A DNA stretch of 64,000 nucleotides, from the IMG/VR virus record IMGVR_UViG_3300010354_000076, positions 3,198-67,197 of that record; one strand, written 5' to 3'. The stretch is from a virus. Below are positions 1-9,630 of this stretch, in pieces. The notes beneath the pieces were generated by a model. That model was not told where the DNA came from. It saw only the letters and a list, made by a program, of their open reading frames with translations, and did not search any database. Every line of letters begins with the position of its first letter. Position 1 is the stretch's first letter. The position numbers and the translations under genes are program-made.

Positions 1-1
1 G

Positions 2-667
2 AGTCATGTAACATCCTTGTCTAGCACCGAGTATTGACCATAGCCCATTATCTGTGTCTGCTCCTACCATTGACCATATTCCTAATCTTTGATAATTACC
101 AGGCCACACATCCTTGAGCTTGCTGACTCGTTCTCCTTGTTCTAAACTCATTTTGACGCCTTCTCTAAATCCCGCTCTCCAAGCTTGAAGAGGACTACCG
201 TTATTATGAATTTCACTAAAACATTTATCTAAAGGTAGATATGTAAGGTCCCAACAAAAGTCAATTTGACTTTTGACATTATCGGCGGGTGCGGCCTCGT
301 GCGTTTTCATTCCTAATACTACATGCTTTGGCCAACACTTTATTCCACCATTGCCATACATTAAACCATTTATTATGTTATAGCTAGGCCAGCTGATAAC
401 ACAGTTATCTAAATCAAAATTATCTTCTACTTCTATAACTTGATTTAAAAAATTACCGGTAAGAACATTATCACCGTCAACAGTAATAAATCTTTCTGTT
501 TCAGATAAATTTGCTGCTGCTTTATGTGCAGCATCACTACCTTTTACACCATGTACTCTTTTAGCCCAGGGTATTTTAGAACAAAGATCTGCGTAATTAC
601 GATCAGCGTTAGGTTCGTCGTAACTAATATAAATTACATCAAATTCATTTACTGTTATCTTTTTCAT
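2..667 (-). CDS. GT-A fold glycosyltransferase-like protein (3' end runs off the window)
   Basis: Not in the ORF track. Manual translation from ATG at 667 gives MKKITVNEFDVIYISYDEPNAD...WAKRVHGVKGSDAAHKAAA...FITVDGDN (DxD)...GLMYGNGGIKCW...QAWRAGFREGVK. Clear paralog of 22860..23753 and of the C-terminal domain of 645..6191. Confidence 0.75.
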   Translation of the reverse strand, partial: MKKITVNEFDVIYISYDEPNADRNYADLCSKIPWAKRVHGVKGSDAAHKAAANLSETERFITVDGDNVLTGNFLNQVIEVEDNFDLDNCVISWPSYNIINGLMYGNGGIKCWPKHVVLGMKTHEAAPADNVKSQIDFCWDLTYLPLDKCFSEIHNNGSPLQAWRAGFREGVKMSLEQGERVSKLKDVWPGNYQRLGIWSMVGADTDNGLWSILGARQGCYMT

Positions 668-3600
668 ATTGTTCGTATAACCATTCAAAATCGTTTATCT
701 TAAATAAGTTTTCAGGTTGTTCTGTAGCAAACTTTCTACCAGCTTGAGCACCTTTGATAGCATATTCGCCATAAAGCTTATCTGCTCCTTGAGTACACCA
801 TACATTTAATCTTTCTTCTGTTTCAGCATCAACTTGTCTATCAATAGCTTTACCTGCTAACTTAGCACATTCGCGGAAGGCAGACTTCCATGTACTAAAT
901 TCGTCTGTGTTAAATGCTGTAATATTACTAATAACTTGTACAGGTTTAAAGTTTTTACTTATACTAGTTGTCATGTCAGGACGAGTCACATCCATGTTTA
1001 AAGTGAGTTGTTTAGGAAGTAACTTAACACCACCGTAACCGTATACTAGATTATTAATTGGGTTTCGGCTTCTCCAAACATGTACTGTATCTCTTTCCCA
1101 AACAGGTATTTCGTAGTCAAAGTTAAAATCATCTACAATTTCAGCATCACCGTCTACTACCCAAAAGTTTTCTGTTTGAGACAATTCAGCAGCCTTTATA
1201 TGTGCTTGATGGATTCCTTTAACACCGTGTACACGTTTAATTCTCGGATATAAATTCTTTAATTTTTCAAAAGTAGCATCAGCGTTAACTTCATTGTAAC
1301 TAATAAACACAATGTCATATGGTTTCATCTTACTAGCTACAACATCCCATTCTTTACGCTCAACAAGATATCTGTAATTAATTTCTTTTTCGCCAACAGG
1401 AATAGATTTAGACATTAAACAAATACCGTTAAAGTTTTCTTCTCCTCTAAACAAATGTTTGAAACTATGATTAATAGTGCGGTCATACGTGTTATGATGC
1501 TGGAAATAAATATCAAATTTAAAATTGTCTATTGGTTCAACTTCACTAGGTATCATCCAAAACATTTCAGTTCTAGAGTTAGATAGTGCATTCTGATAAT
1601 CTTGATATGTATCGACAACGAATTTATCATATTCGCATGGACCTGAAGCAACTATATCCCATTCTTTACGTTCTATAAGATAACGGAACGTGACTTCTTT
1701 TTCGCTAATAGGTTTGTTCTTACTTAATAGAAAAATTCCGTTATACAAATCTTCACCGTTAACTCTATGTATAAAGGCATGGTTCTCTCGGCGTTCATAA
1801 AAATTATGATGGGATATGTACAAATCAAAATTGAAATCATCTGCTGGTTTTAAGTTAGCAGTGGTCATCCAGAACAAGTCAGTAGTTGACTTGTCCATTG
1901 CTTCTAAGTATTGCTGATACGTATCAATTTCAAAAATATCATATTTCTTAGGATAACTGATAATGTAATCGATTTCTTTTTTGTCATTAAAGAATCTATA
2001 CTTAAATTCTTTTTCTGTGACTTTATGATATTTGCTGAATAAACAAACGCCGTCAAAATGTTCATCATTTCTAAATACATGAGTGATATGATAGTTATAT
2101 TTAGGAACATAATAGTCGAAATCAAAATCTTCAACTATGTCAACATCTGGCCACACAGCCCAAAACATACCAGTAGTTGAGTTTTCACAGGCATCGAGGT
2201 AATCTTGATAAGTTGTAATATTAAATTTATCAAACTTCTTAGGAAGACTTGCCAAAATATCATACTCTTTTCTATCAACAATAAATCCATAATCAAATTC
2301 ACGCTGGCTAATATCTTTCGACTTGGGCATAAGCATTAGGCCATCATAGAATTCACTGTTTCTAAAGATATGTGTTATATTTCTATCGTAAACGTTGTCG
2401 TGATCAAAATATAAATCAAACTTAAAGTCATCTAATACATTAATATTAGAATGTGTTACCCAGAACATTTCGGTACGTGACTTGGCTTTAGCTTCAAGGT
2501 ATTGTTCATATGTATCTGCTACAAACTTATCGTACTGGCAAGGACCTGATGCTACAATATCCCATTCTTTACGTTCAACAATATAACGATGTTCGATTTC
2601 TTTCTTTGAAACTGTCTTATGTTTACTTAAAAGGAATATACCATTATAAAGTTTTTTATCATTTACCAAATGAACAAAGGCATGATTCTCTTGTCTTTCA
2701 TAGGCATTGTGATGTGTAATGTACAGATCAAATTTAAAATCATTAACTGGCTGTAAATTAGGAGATGTCATCCAGAACAAGTCAGTAGTTGATTTGTCCA
2801 TTGCTTCTAAGTATTGATCATATGTTTCAATTTCAAAGATATCATACTTCTTAGGATAGCTGATAATATAGTCAATTTCTTTTTTATCATTAAAGAATCT
2901 ATACTTAAATTCTTTTTCTGTGACTTTGTGGTATTTGCTGAACAAGCAAATACCGTCAAAGTAGTCACCATTTTTAAATACATGAGGAAGATGTTGATTG
3001 TACCTAGGAACATAGTAATCAAAGTCAAAATCTTCAACTAACTCAACATCTGACCACACAGCCCAAAACATACCAGTAGTTGATTGTTCACAAGCATCAA
3101 GGTAGTCTTGATAAGTTGTAATATTAAATTTATCAAATTGTTTAGGCACGCTGGCTAATACATCGTATTCTTTCCTAGCTACAATGAACCCGTAATCAAA
3201 TTCACGCTGGCTAATTTCTCTATTTTTAGTAATCAACATTACACCATCATGAAATTCACTATTTCTAAAAATATGTGTCATCATTCTATCATAGATGTTG
3301 TTATGTTCAAAATATAAATCAAACTTAAAGTCATCTAATACAGTAACACCGCTAGGAATAGCCCAGAACATTTCCGTACGAGATTTAGCTTTAGCTTCAA
3401 CATATTGTTCATATGTATCAACAACAAATTTATCATATTCGCATGGTCCTGAAGCAACTATATCCCATTCTTTACGTTCCATAATGTATCGATTTTCAAT
3501 TTCTCTTTTGCTAACAGGCTTTTTCTTACTAAGAAGAAACACACCGTTATACAATTTTTCTTCTTCGACTAAATGAACAAAGGCATGATTTTCTTGTCGC

Positions 3601-6191
3601 TCATAGGCATTGTGATGTGTAATATAAAGATCAAAATTGAAATCATCTGCTGGTTTTAAGTTAGCAGTGGTCATCCAGAACAAGTCAGTAATTGACTTGT
3701 CCATTGCTTCTAAATATTGTTCGTAAGTGTCAATTTCAAAGATATCATATTTCTTAGGATAGCTGATAACATAATCAACTTCTTTCTTCTCGCTAAAGAA
3801 TCGATAGTTAAATTCTTTTTCTGTGACTTTATGATCTTTACTAAACAAGCAAATTCCATCAAAGTGTATGTCATTCTTGAATATATGAGTAATATGTTGA
3901 TTGTACCTAGGAACATAGTAATCAAAGTCAAAATCTTCAACCACTTCTACATCAGGCCAAACACACCAAAACATATTTGTTGTTGATGTTTCACATGCTT
4001 CTAAATATTCATTATAACTATTAATGTAGTAAACATCGAATTTAATTGGATCGCTAGCAATTGTTTCTTCTTCCATGCGAGCAAGAATAAATTTGTTATC
4101 AAATTCTTTTTTAGAAATTTCAGCATGTTTTGTAATTAAAAACACACCGTCATAAAACGCACCGTTTAAATATGCGTGATGAACTGTTCTTTCAAATATT
4201 TTATCATGCTGATAGTATACATCAAATTTAAAATCAGGGTGTAAGTTTACATCACTAGGAATAGCCCAGAACATTTCCGTACGAGATTTAGCTTTAGCTT
4301 CAACATACTGTTCATATGTATCAACAATAAACTTATCGTACTGACAAGGGCCAGAAGCAACTATATCCCATTCTTTACGCTCAATAATATAGCGATGCTC
4401 TATTTCTTTCTTAGTTATTGGCTTGTTTTTACTTAAAAGAAATACACCGTTATATAATCTTTCTTCTCCAACTAAGTGAATGAAAGTATGATTTTCACTT
4501 CTATCATAAATCTTTTCATGACTAAAATAGACATCAAATTTAAAATCATCAGCTACTTTTAAGTTAGGACTAGTCATCCAAAACATTTCTGTTTTAGACA
4601 TTTTCATTGCTTCTAGATATTGTTCATAAGTATCAATTTCAAAGACATCATATTGACAAGCTTCCGAAGCTACAATGTCCCATTCTTTACGCTCAATAAT
4701 ATAACGATGTTCAATTTCTTTTTGTGTTACTGGTCTATGCTTACTTAAAAGAAAAATTCCATTATAAAGTTTTTCATCATTGACTAAATGAACAAAGGCA
4801 TGATTTTCAAATCTAGTACCCTGGAAGTTAAATTTAAAATCATCAGCTACTTTTAAGTTAGGACTAGTCATCCAAAATAAATCTGTATTAGAATTTTTAA
4901 TTGCTTCTAAGTATTGATCATATGTTTCAATTTCAAAGATATCATATTTCTTTGGGTAACTGATAATATAGTCAATTTCTTTCTTGTCGCTAAAAAATCT
5001 ATATTTAAATTCTTTTTCTGTGACTTTGTGGTATTTGCTAAACAAGCAAACACCGTCAAAGTAATCACCGTTTCTAAATACGTGTGGGAGATGTCGATTG
5101 TACCTCGGAACATAGTAATCGAAATCAAAATCTTCCACTAACTCAACATCTGACCAAATGGCCCAAAACATACCAGTAGTTGATGTCTCACAAGCATCAA
5201 GGTAGTCTTGATATGTTGTAATATTAAATTTATCGAACTTCTTAGGCAAACTAGCCAGCACATCATATTCTTTTTTATCAACTATAGAGCTATAATCAAA
5301 TTCTTTTTTGCTAATTTCTTTTGACCTTGGTAATAACATTAACCCATCATAAAATTCACTGTTTTTAAAAATATGATTTATTTCTCGATCATAGATATTG
5401 TTATGTTCAAAATACAAGTCGAACTTAAAATCATCTAATACTTTTACGTCACTAGCAATAACCCAGAACATTTCAGTACGTGACTTAGATTTAGCTTCGA
5501 GATACTGTTCATATGTATCGACAAGAAATTTATCATATTCGCACGGCCCAGAAGCTACAATGTCCCATTCTTTACGCTCAATAATATAACGATGTTCAAT
5601 TTCTTTCTTTGAAACTGGTTTGTGTTTGCTTAAAAGAAAAATACCGTTATATAATTTTTCTCCATTAACTAAATGTACAAATGCGTGATTTTCTTGTCGC
5701 TCATAGGCATTGTGATGTGTAATATATAAATCAAATTTAAAATCATCAGCTACTTTTAAATTAGGACTAGTCATCCAAAACATATCAGTAGTTGACTTGT
5801 CCATTGCTTCTAAATATTGCTCATATGTCTCAATTTCAAAGACATCATATTTCTTAGGTTCACTAGCAACAAGGTCAATTTCTTTTTTGTCAGTAAAAAA
5901 TCTATATTTTACTTCTTTATCAGATATATGCTTATTTTTTGGTATAAGAGAAAGGCCATCATAGAAGTCAGCATTTTTCCAAACATGAACATATTCCTCG
6001 TCCCACTTAGGCAAATTAATAGTAAAATCAAAATCTTCTTTAAGATCAATGTCATCCCATACTGCCCAGAACATAGGAGTTAAAGATTTAGATTTTGCTT
6101 CTTTAAAATCTGTTGCTTTTTTTGCAAATGGGTACTTATTTTTAATTTTTTTCCAATTTAAATTATTACCAATTACAAAAATATCATACAT
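645..6191 (-). CDS. Giant repeat-containing glycosyltransferase: 16 degenerate ~100-aa GT-A half-domains plus one intact C-terminal GT-A domain
   Basis: C-terminal domain YDIVFISYNE...RVHGVKGIHQAH...FWVVDGD (DxD)...YGYGGVKLLP...WKSAFRE. The upstream units repeat the pattern YD.F....Y..Y..A...S.T.MFW......V.DDF.FD...H.F......Y.G..L..K. Confidence 0.75.
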   Translation of the reverse strand: MYDIFVIGNNLNWKKIKNKYPFAKKATDFKEAKSKSLTPMFWAVWDDIDLKEDFDFTINLPKWDEEYVHVWKNADFYDGLSLIPKNKHISDKEVKYRFFTDKKEIDLVASEPKKYDVFEIETYEQYLEAMDKSTTDMFWMTSPNLKVADDFKFDLYITHHNAYERQENHAFVHLVNGEKLYNGIFLLSKHKPVSKKEIEHRYIIERKEWDIVASGPCEYDKFLVDTYEQYLEAKSKSRTEMFWVIASDVKVLDDFKFDLYFEHNNIYDREINHIFKNSEFYDGLMLLPRSKEISKKEFDYSSIVDKKEYDVLASLPKKFDKFNITTYQDYLDACETSTTGMFWAIWSDVELVEDFDFDYYVPRYNRHLPHVFRNGDYFDGVCLFSKYHKVTEKEFKYRFFSDKKEIDYIISYPKKYDIFEIETYDQYLEAIKNSNTDLFWMTSPNLKVADDFKFNFQGTRFENHAFVHLVNDEKLYNGIFLLSKHRPVTQKEIEHRYIIERKEWDIVASEACQYDVFEIDTYEQYLEAMKMSKTEMFWMTSPNLKVADDFKFDVYFSHEKIYDRSENHTFIHLVGEERLYNGVFLLSKNKPITKKEIEHRYIIERKEWDIVASGPCQYDKFIVDTYEQYVEAKAKSRTEMFWAIPSDVNLHPDFKFDVYYQHDKIFERTVHHAYLNGAFYDGVFLITKHAEISKKEFDNKFILARMEEETIASDPIKFDVYYINSYNEYLEACETSTTNMFWCVWPDVEVVEDFDFDYYVPRYNQHITHIFKNDIHFDGICLFSKDHKVTEKEFNYRFFSEKKEVDYVISYPKKYDIFEIDTYEQYLEAMDKSITDLFWMTTANLKPADDFNFDLYITHHNAYERQENHAFVHLVEEEKLYNGVFLLSKKKPVSKREIENRYIMERKEWDIVASGPCEYDKFVVDTYEQYVEAKAKSRTEMFWAIPSGVTVLDDFKFDLYFEHNNIYDRMMTHIFRNSEFHDGVMLITKNREISQREFDYGFIVARKEYDVLASVPKQFDKFNITTYQDYLDACEQSTTGMFWAVWSDVELVEDFDFDYYVPRYNQHLPHVFKNGDYFDGICLFSKYHKVTEKEFKYRFFNDKKEIDYIISYPKKYDIFEIETYDQYLEAMDKSTTDLFWMTSPNLQPVNDFKFDLYITHHNAYERQENHAFVHLVNDKKLYNGIFLLSKHKTVSKKEIEHRYIVERKEWDIVASGPCQYDKFVADTYEQYLEAKAKSRTEMFWVTHSNINVLDDFKFDLYFDHDNVYDRNITHIFRNSEFYDGLMLMPKSKDISQREFDYGFIVDRKEYDILASLPKKFDKFNITTYQDYLDACENSTTGMFWAVWPDVDIVEDFDFDYYVPKYNYHITHVFRNDEHFDGVCLFSKYHKVTEKEFKYRFFNDKKEIDYIISYPKKYDIFEIDTYQQYLEAMDKSTTDLFWMTTANLKPADDFNFDLYISHHNFYERRENHAFIHRVNGEDLYNGIFLLSKNKPISEKEVTFRYLIERKEWDIVASGPCEYDKFVVDTYQDYQNALSNSRTEMFWMIPSEVEPIDNFKFDIYFQHHNTYDRTINHSFKHLFRGEENFNGICLMSKSIPVGEKEINYRYLVERKEWDVVASKMKPYDIVFISYNEVNADATFEKLKNLYPRIKRVHGVKGIHQAHIKAAELSQTENFWVVDGDAEIVDDFNFDYEIPVWERDTVHVWRSRNPINNLVYGYGGVKLLPKQLTLNMDVTRPDMTTSISKNFKPVQVISNITAFNTDEFSTWKSAFRECAKLAGKAIDRQVDAETEERLNVWCTQGADKLYGEYAIKGAQAGRKFATEQPENLFKINDFEWLYEQYEKDNSK
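1321..6191. repeat. Intragenic tandem repeat array of ~300-bp units with a ~903-bp higher-order period
   Basis: Near-identical nucleotide blocks recur, e.g. around 1845-1910 and 3650-3715. Shadow ORFs in the track recur at 1904, 2807 and 3710 (903-bp steps) and at 4907. Confidence 0.95.
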
Positions 6192-6196
6192 AAAAT

Positions 6197-6928
6197 TTAT
6201 TCCGTAATAAAATTATACAACTCTTCGGCGAAAAGTCGATGAGGTTCTTCTCCGTGATGCCAATATTGTGCTTTTAAATTTTCATATCCAGCGTTTTTAT
6301 ATTTCCAATAAAATGCTTCATCATTGTTATCATGATTTAGATACTTAGATTTATCTATCATATTTAAGAAAAATTCGGTATGCTTATCTCTATTAAACAT
6401 GTGCATAGTATTAGACATTACATAGTTAATATTTTGAGACTTAAAAAACCACTGTAACTGTAAGACTAAATTAGCACTTAATATTTCTAAATATGTTAAA
6501 TTATCAGCAATAAATTTTTGATAAAAAGGTAATACACGTTTTTCATACCCGTCGCCACCTGGCCATCCTTGATTAATTCTAAAAAATCTAGCGTCATATG
6601 TTGATAACCAATCAGCTGTTTTATTCGCACAAGAATAATCAGTTCCCTGGATACTAGGAATTTCTATTCTAGAGCTTTCTGTCCAAGACACAGATACAAA
6701 TACTTTCATAGTATTAGGATCATAATTTTGAGAAAACCACTCTAAAACTAATCTTGCTATAGTGGGGTTAGCAGCAGCACAACTAGAAATGTTAATGGGC
6801 CTATATCCTAACTTTTCTGCTAAAATGTTTCCAAATGAATGATTTCTATTGTAAACACTATCTTGACTACCGTCTATTTCAGATCCAGCTGCGTGACTAC
6901 ACCCAGCTACTAACATGATTTTTTCCAT
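6197..6928 (-). CDS. SGNH/GDSL-like hydrolase or acyltransferase
   Basis: N-terminal LVAGCSHAAG (GDS-like block I), N...AAN..I block, VSWT...R, and C-terminal WHHGEEPH..FAE (catalytic His block). Confidence 0.55.
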   Translation of the reverse strand: MEKIMLVAGCSHAAGSEIDGSQDSVYNRNHSFGNILAEKLGYRPINISSCAAANPTIARLVLEWFSQNYDPNTMKVFVSVSWTESSRIEIPSIQGTDYSCANKTADWLSTYDARFFRINQGWPGGDGYEKRVLPFYQKFIADNLTYLEILSANLVLQLQWFFKSQNINYVMSNTMHMFNRDKHTEFFLNMIDKSKYLNHDNNDEAFYWKYKNAGYENLKAQYWHHGEEPHRLFAEELYNFITE

Positions 6929-6930
6929 AA

Positions 6931-8169
6931 TTAAATATACAATTTTTGAACTTCTTTAAAAGGCGACTTTTCAACAAGTATATTATAATTATGCCTAAGA
7001 GTAGGCATCATTGCTTCATAAAGACTTTTACACTCTATCAACGACATAGATCCAATTTGTTTAATCAATTTTAAAATTTTAATCATCCGTTCTTCATGAT
7101 TAAAACACAAATCATAATCTTCATTCCAAAATTCATTAAATGTTTTAAACCCGTATTCTTTAGCGTACTTTAAAGTTTCAGGCGGAGCTGCTACAATAAA
7201 AGGTGTCATATATCTAATAGGCTGAAATAATTTTTCGCTAAAATTACCAGTGTGTTGAGCGAATCTTGTTTCATTAACAATATCACAAAAAGTATTATTG
7301 TAAAAATTTTCTAAAATTTTATTTGTATTATTTCCCAATGCAGGATTATTATGACCAAAATATTTTACGCTCACAGGGTAATAAGCAGAACAGGAATCTG
7401 TTACTTCAATTGGTTCAGCTTCGCTAATATCAAGTAATGAAGGACAGTTTTCATTTAAAATTTCTAATCCAGATTTAACTTGTTCGTATAACTCATGTTC
7501 TTGTAGTTTCCATTCGTTAAAATTAAACCACAAATCAGCATTTAAAGTTTCAAATGATGATTTAAAATACCAACTATAATAACTATTCTCGTTAGCTAAA
7601 AAAGATGTTATTATATGTCTATGCTTAGTATGCCTCCAATTTAAACAAATAAAGTGTTTTTTAAAATCCTTGTTTATATTTGTTTCAAACACAGAGTAAT
7701 TTTTAAGAAATAAATCATCACATATTATTTTAAAACAATCTTTATATATTGGGAAAAAAATGTTGGCTTGGTAATCACATGTATGTACAACTACATTTGT
7801 TAATCGATTACATTCGACGTAATTTTTTATAGACTCTAATTCTTCAGCTCGGACTAGATTAATATCTACATCAGTTAAAAATTCTGTATAAAAACCTCTA
7901 TTATGTCTTTTATCTTTTAAAAATTGACATAATGGTTCATATAAAAAAATATGTAGACCTTGTTCATTTAGGTATCTTATTTCAGTTTGACTGTGAGTAA
8001 AAGATTCTAGTCCCTGTAAATAACCATTACCCATATGAATGATAATAGGAAATTTTTCCAATCCTGTTAATCTCATAGTTGAAATTAAAAAAGGATTAGA
8101 CAATGTTTCTTCTTTTGATTTTGTTTCAGGAAAATTAAACCAATGGGTGTTCTGTAAAGGATTGTTCAA
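6931..8169 (-). CDS. Putative GT-B glycosyltransferase (GT10-like C-terminal motif)
   Basis: FICLNWR..KHR and FCDIVNETRF...FSEKLFQPI...PFIV...GFKTF...YD...R. Paralog of 12479..13486 and 15591..16751. The motif resembles the GT10 FENS...TEK...VP signature. Confidence 0.45.
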   Translation of the reverse strand: MNNPLQNTHWFNFPETKSKEETLSNPFLISTMRLTGLEKFPIIIHMGNGYLQGLESFTHSQTEIRYLNEQGLHIFLYEPLCQFLKDKRHNRGFYTEFLTDVDINLVRAEELESIKNYVECNRLTNVVVHTCDYQANIFFPIYKDCFKIICDDLFLKNYSVFETNINKDFKKHFICLNWRHTKHRHIITSFLANENSYYSWYFKSSFETLNADLWFNFNEWKLQEHELYEQVKSGLEILNENCPSLLDISEAEPIEVTDSCSAYYPVSVKYFGHNNPALGNNTNKILENFYNNTFCDIVNETRFAQHTGNFSEKLFQPIRYMTPFIVAAPPETLKYAKEYGFKTFNEFWNEDYDLCFNHEERMIKILKLIKQIGSMSLIECKSLYEAMMPTLRHNYNILVEKSPFKEVQKLYI

Positions 8170-8662
8170 CTAGCTCTCCAGTTATTTGTAAAGTGTATCT
8201 AGGTGCTGTTCCGATATTGCTAGCAGCATGGGGAACATCATTGTTCCACATGAACCAGTCACCCTGCTTCCAATTTACATATCCTTTACCGTCTATTTCC
8301 AAGTAATGTCCAGATTTCCAGTCTTCTAACATTAATAAAACTCTACACACTTTAGAAGGATTAGCATTAAACAATTCTATATATCTAAGATATTTGTCTG
8401 AGTGTATAGGCATTATCTCTAAAGTCTTCATTAGATAAAAACAGTAAACTTGATTTTTTAATCCAAATTGATTAAACTTATCCAAGTATTCTGGCATAGG
8501 ATTACGATTATCATACATCCATCCTGTAAAACTTTTTACATAATCGTATCCTTGACTTTCCCAATCTTTAACCTCGTGATTAGTAATTGGCTGTTTTACA
8601 TAATTGAAACTTTTGTATGATTCGTCCCAAAACGGTTTAATATGACCAGTCTTAATTATCAT
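8135..8662 (-). CDS. Cupin / 2OG-Fe(II) oxygenase-like protein
   Basis: MPIHSD (HxD), W..GD, PHAASN.G..PRYTLQITG: facial-triad His and 2OG-binding Arg pattern of a double-stranded beta-helix oxygenase. Confidence 0.6.
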   Translation of the reverse strand: MIIKTGHIKPFWDESYKSFNYVKQPITNHEVKDWESQGYDYVKSFTGWMYDNRNPMPEYLDKFNQFGLKNQVYCFYLMKTLEIMPIHSDKYLRYIELFNANPSKVCRVLLMLEDWKSGHYLEIDGKGYVNWKQGDWFMWNNDVPHAASNIGTAPRYTLQITGELVEQSFTEHPLV

Positions 8663-9630
8663 CGTCTAACTATATCAAGTGTTACACAATGAAAGCCGCC
8701 ACCTAATGTTCTTTGCTGTCTCATAGGTAGCATAGCACATTCTATTCCGTGTTTTTCTAGCTCAATACGTAAGGGGTGTTGGTTTTCTTCTAGCGCAACT
8801 AACTTTGTATTTACGCTAAAAAGATTCATATTAATCCAAACACTGGCATTACAGTATCCCGGATGGTGCCCTATATCAACTGGTTCTGGGCACCAAATAA
8901 CATCCCAATTTTGTAAAGGCTTAGGTAGTTGCTTTATACTTTTAATTCTACTAGGATTAAGTAACATTAATCCTTCTCTAAGCAAACAAATAGTACTATC
9001 TAAGTGCATATAACTATATACACCTTCTATAGTCCATACTTTTTTATCTGGGCAAAGCTCTTGAAGATATTTTGCTCCTAGATTATTACCGCTGTTGCTA
9101 ACAAGATAATATAGATTATCATTATCTCGTAAAATATTTGCTGCGTCAAACGCAGGTTCGGTTTCATTTAAGGCAAGTATATCAGGATTACCTACACAGA
9201 ATGGATTGTATAAACTATTTGAGTGGCTACATGTTTTTACAGTTAAGTTTCCAAATTTACTTAAATGATGACTAATGGCATAGTATTCGTTACGACGAGC
9301 ATACAACGGATTAGGAGTTGCTAAAATTATATTGTCATGAACTAACACTATGTCTCTTGGACAATAATTATAGTAGCTAGGAATAAAATTAGGATCAGGT
9401 CTAAATACTTCAACTCCTTCGCCTAATAAAAAATTACAAAAATTTTCTAAATCTTCGTTAGCTTCTTCTATAACTTTTTTAGGATATTTTCCTGTTGGAA
9501 TTTGGTCTACATTTTTTTCGCTAGCATAGTTTACTGTTCTTAGACTGATATCTAATCTAGGAATTGTAGCATCAGTAGCTGATCCAACAATTACTGTTTT
9601 AAGAGGATCCCATTCATTTTTACTTAACAT
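8659..9630 (-). CDS. Amidinotransferase (StrB / glycine amidinotransferase family)
   Basis: NEWDPLKTVIVG start, CPRD, FDAAN, HLDST and C-terminal GGGFHCVTLD, giving the Asp-His-Cys triad of the pentein fold. Confidence 0.9.
   Translation of the reverse strand: MLSKNEWDPLKTVIVGSATDATIPRLDISLRTVNYASEKNVDQIPTGKYPKKVIEEANEDLENFCNFLLGEGVEVFRPDPNFIPSYYNYCPRDIVLVHDNIILATPNPLYARRNEYYAISHHLSKFGNLTVKTCSHSNSLYNPFCVGNPDILALNETEPAFDAANILRDNDNLYYLVSNSGNNLGAKYLQELCPDKKVWTIEGVYSYMHLDSTICLLREGLMLLNPSRIKSIKQLPKPLQNWDVIWCPEPVDIGHHPGYCNASVWINMNLFSVNTKLVALEENQHPLRIELEKHGIECAMLPMRQQRTLGGGFHCVTLDIVRR

Noticed and set aside
1904-6083. Recurrent short ORFs on both strands (1904, 2807, 3710, 4907, 2814, 3717, 4914 and others) as a small-peptide or RiPP precursor family for the rSAM enzymes
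   Set aside because: All lie inside the 1848-aa gene and recur only because the underlying DNA is repeated. They have no independent SD or intergenic position.
1321-6191. Repeat array as a CRISPR array or DGR template/variable repeats
   Set aside because: Units are ~300 bp, in frame and coding, with no unique spacers. Differences are not visibly adenine-specific, and there is no reverse transcriptase or cas gene in the window.
8135-8662. TET/JBP dioxygenase indicating DNA hypermodification
   Set aside because: It is a short cupin lacking recognisable TET/JBP features, and no DNA methylase or nucleotide hydroxymethylase is in the window. DNA modification is kept only as an alternative hypothesis.
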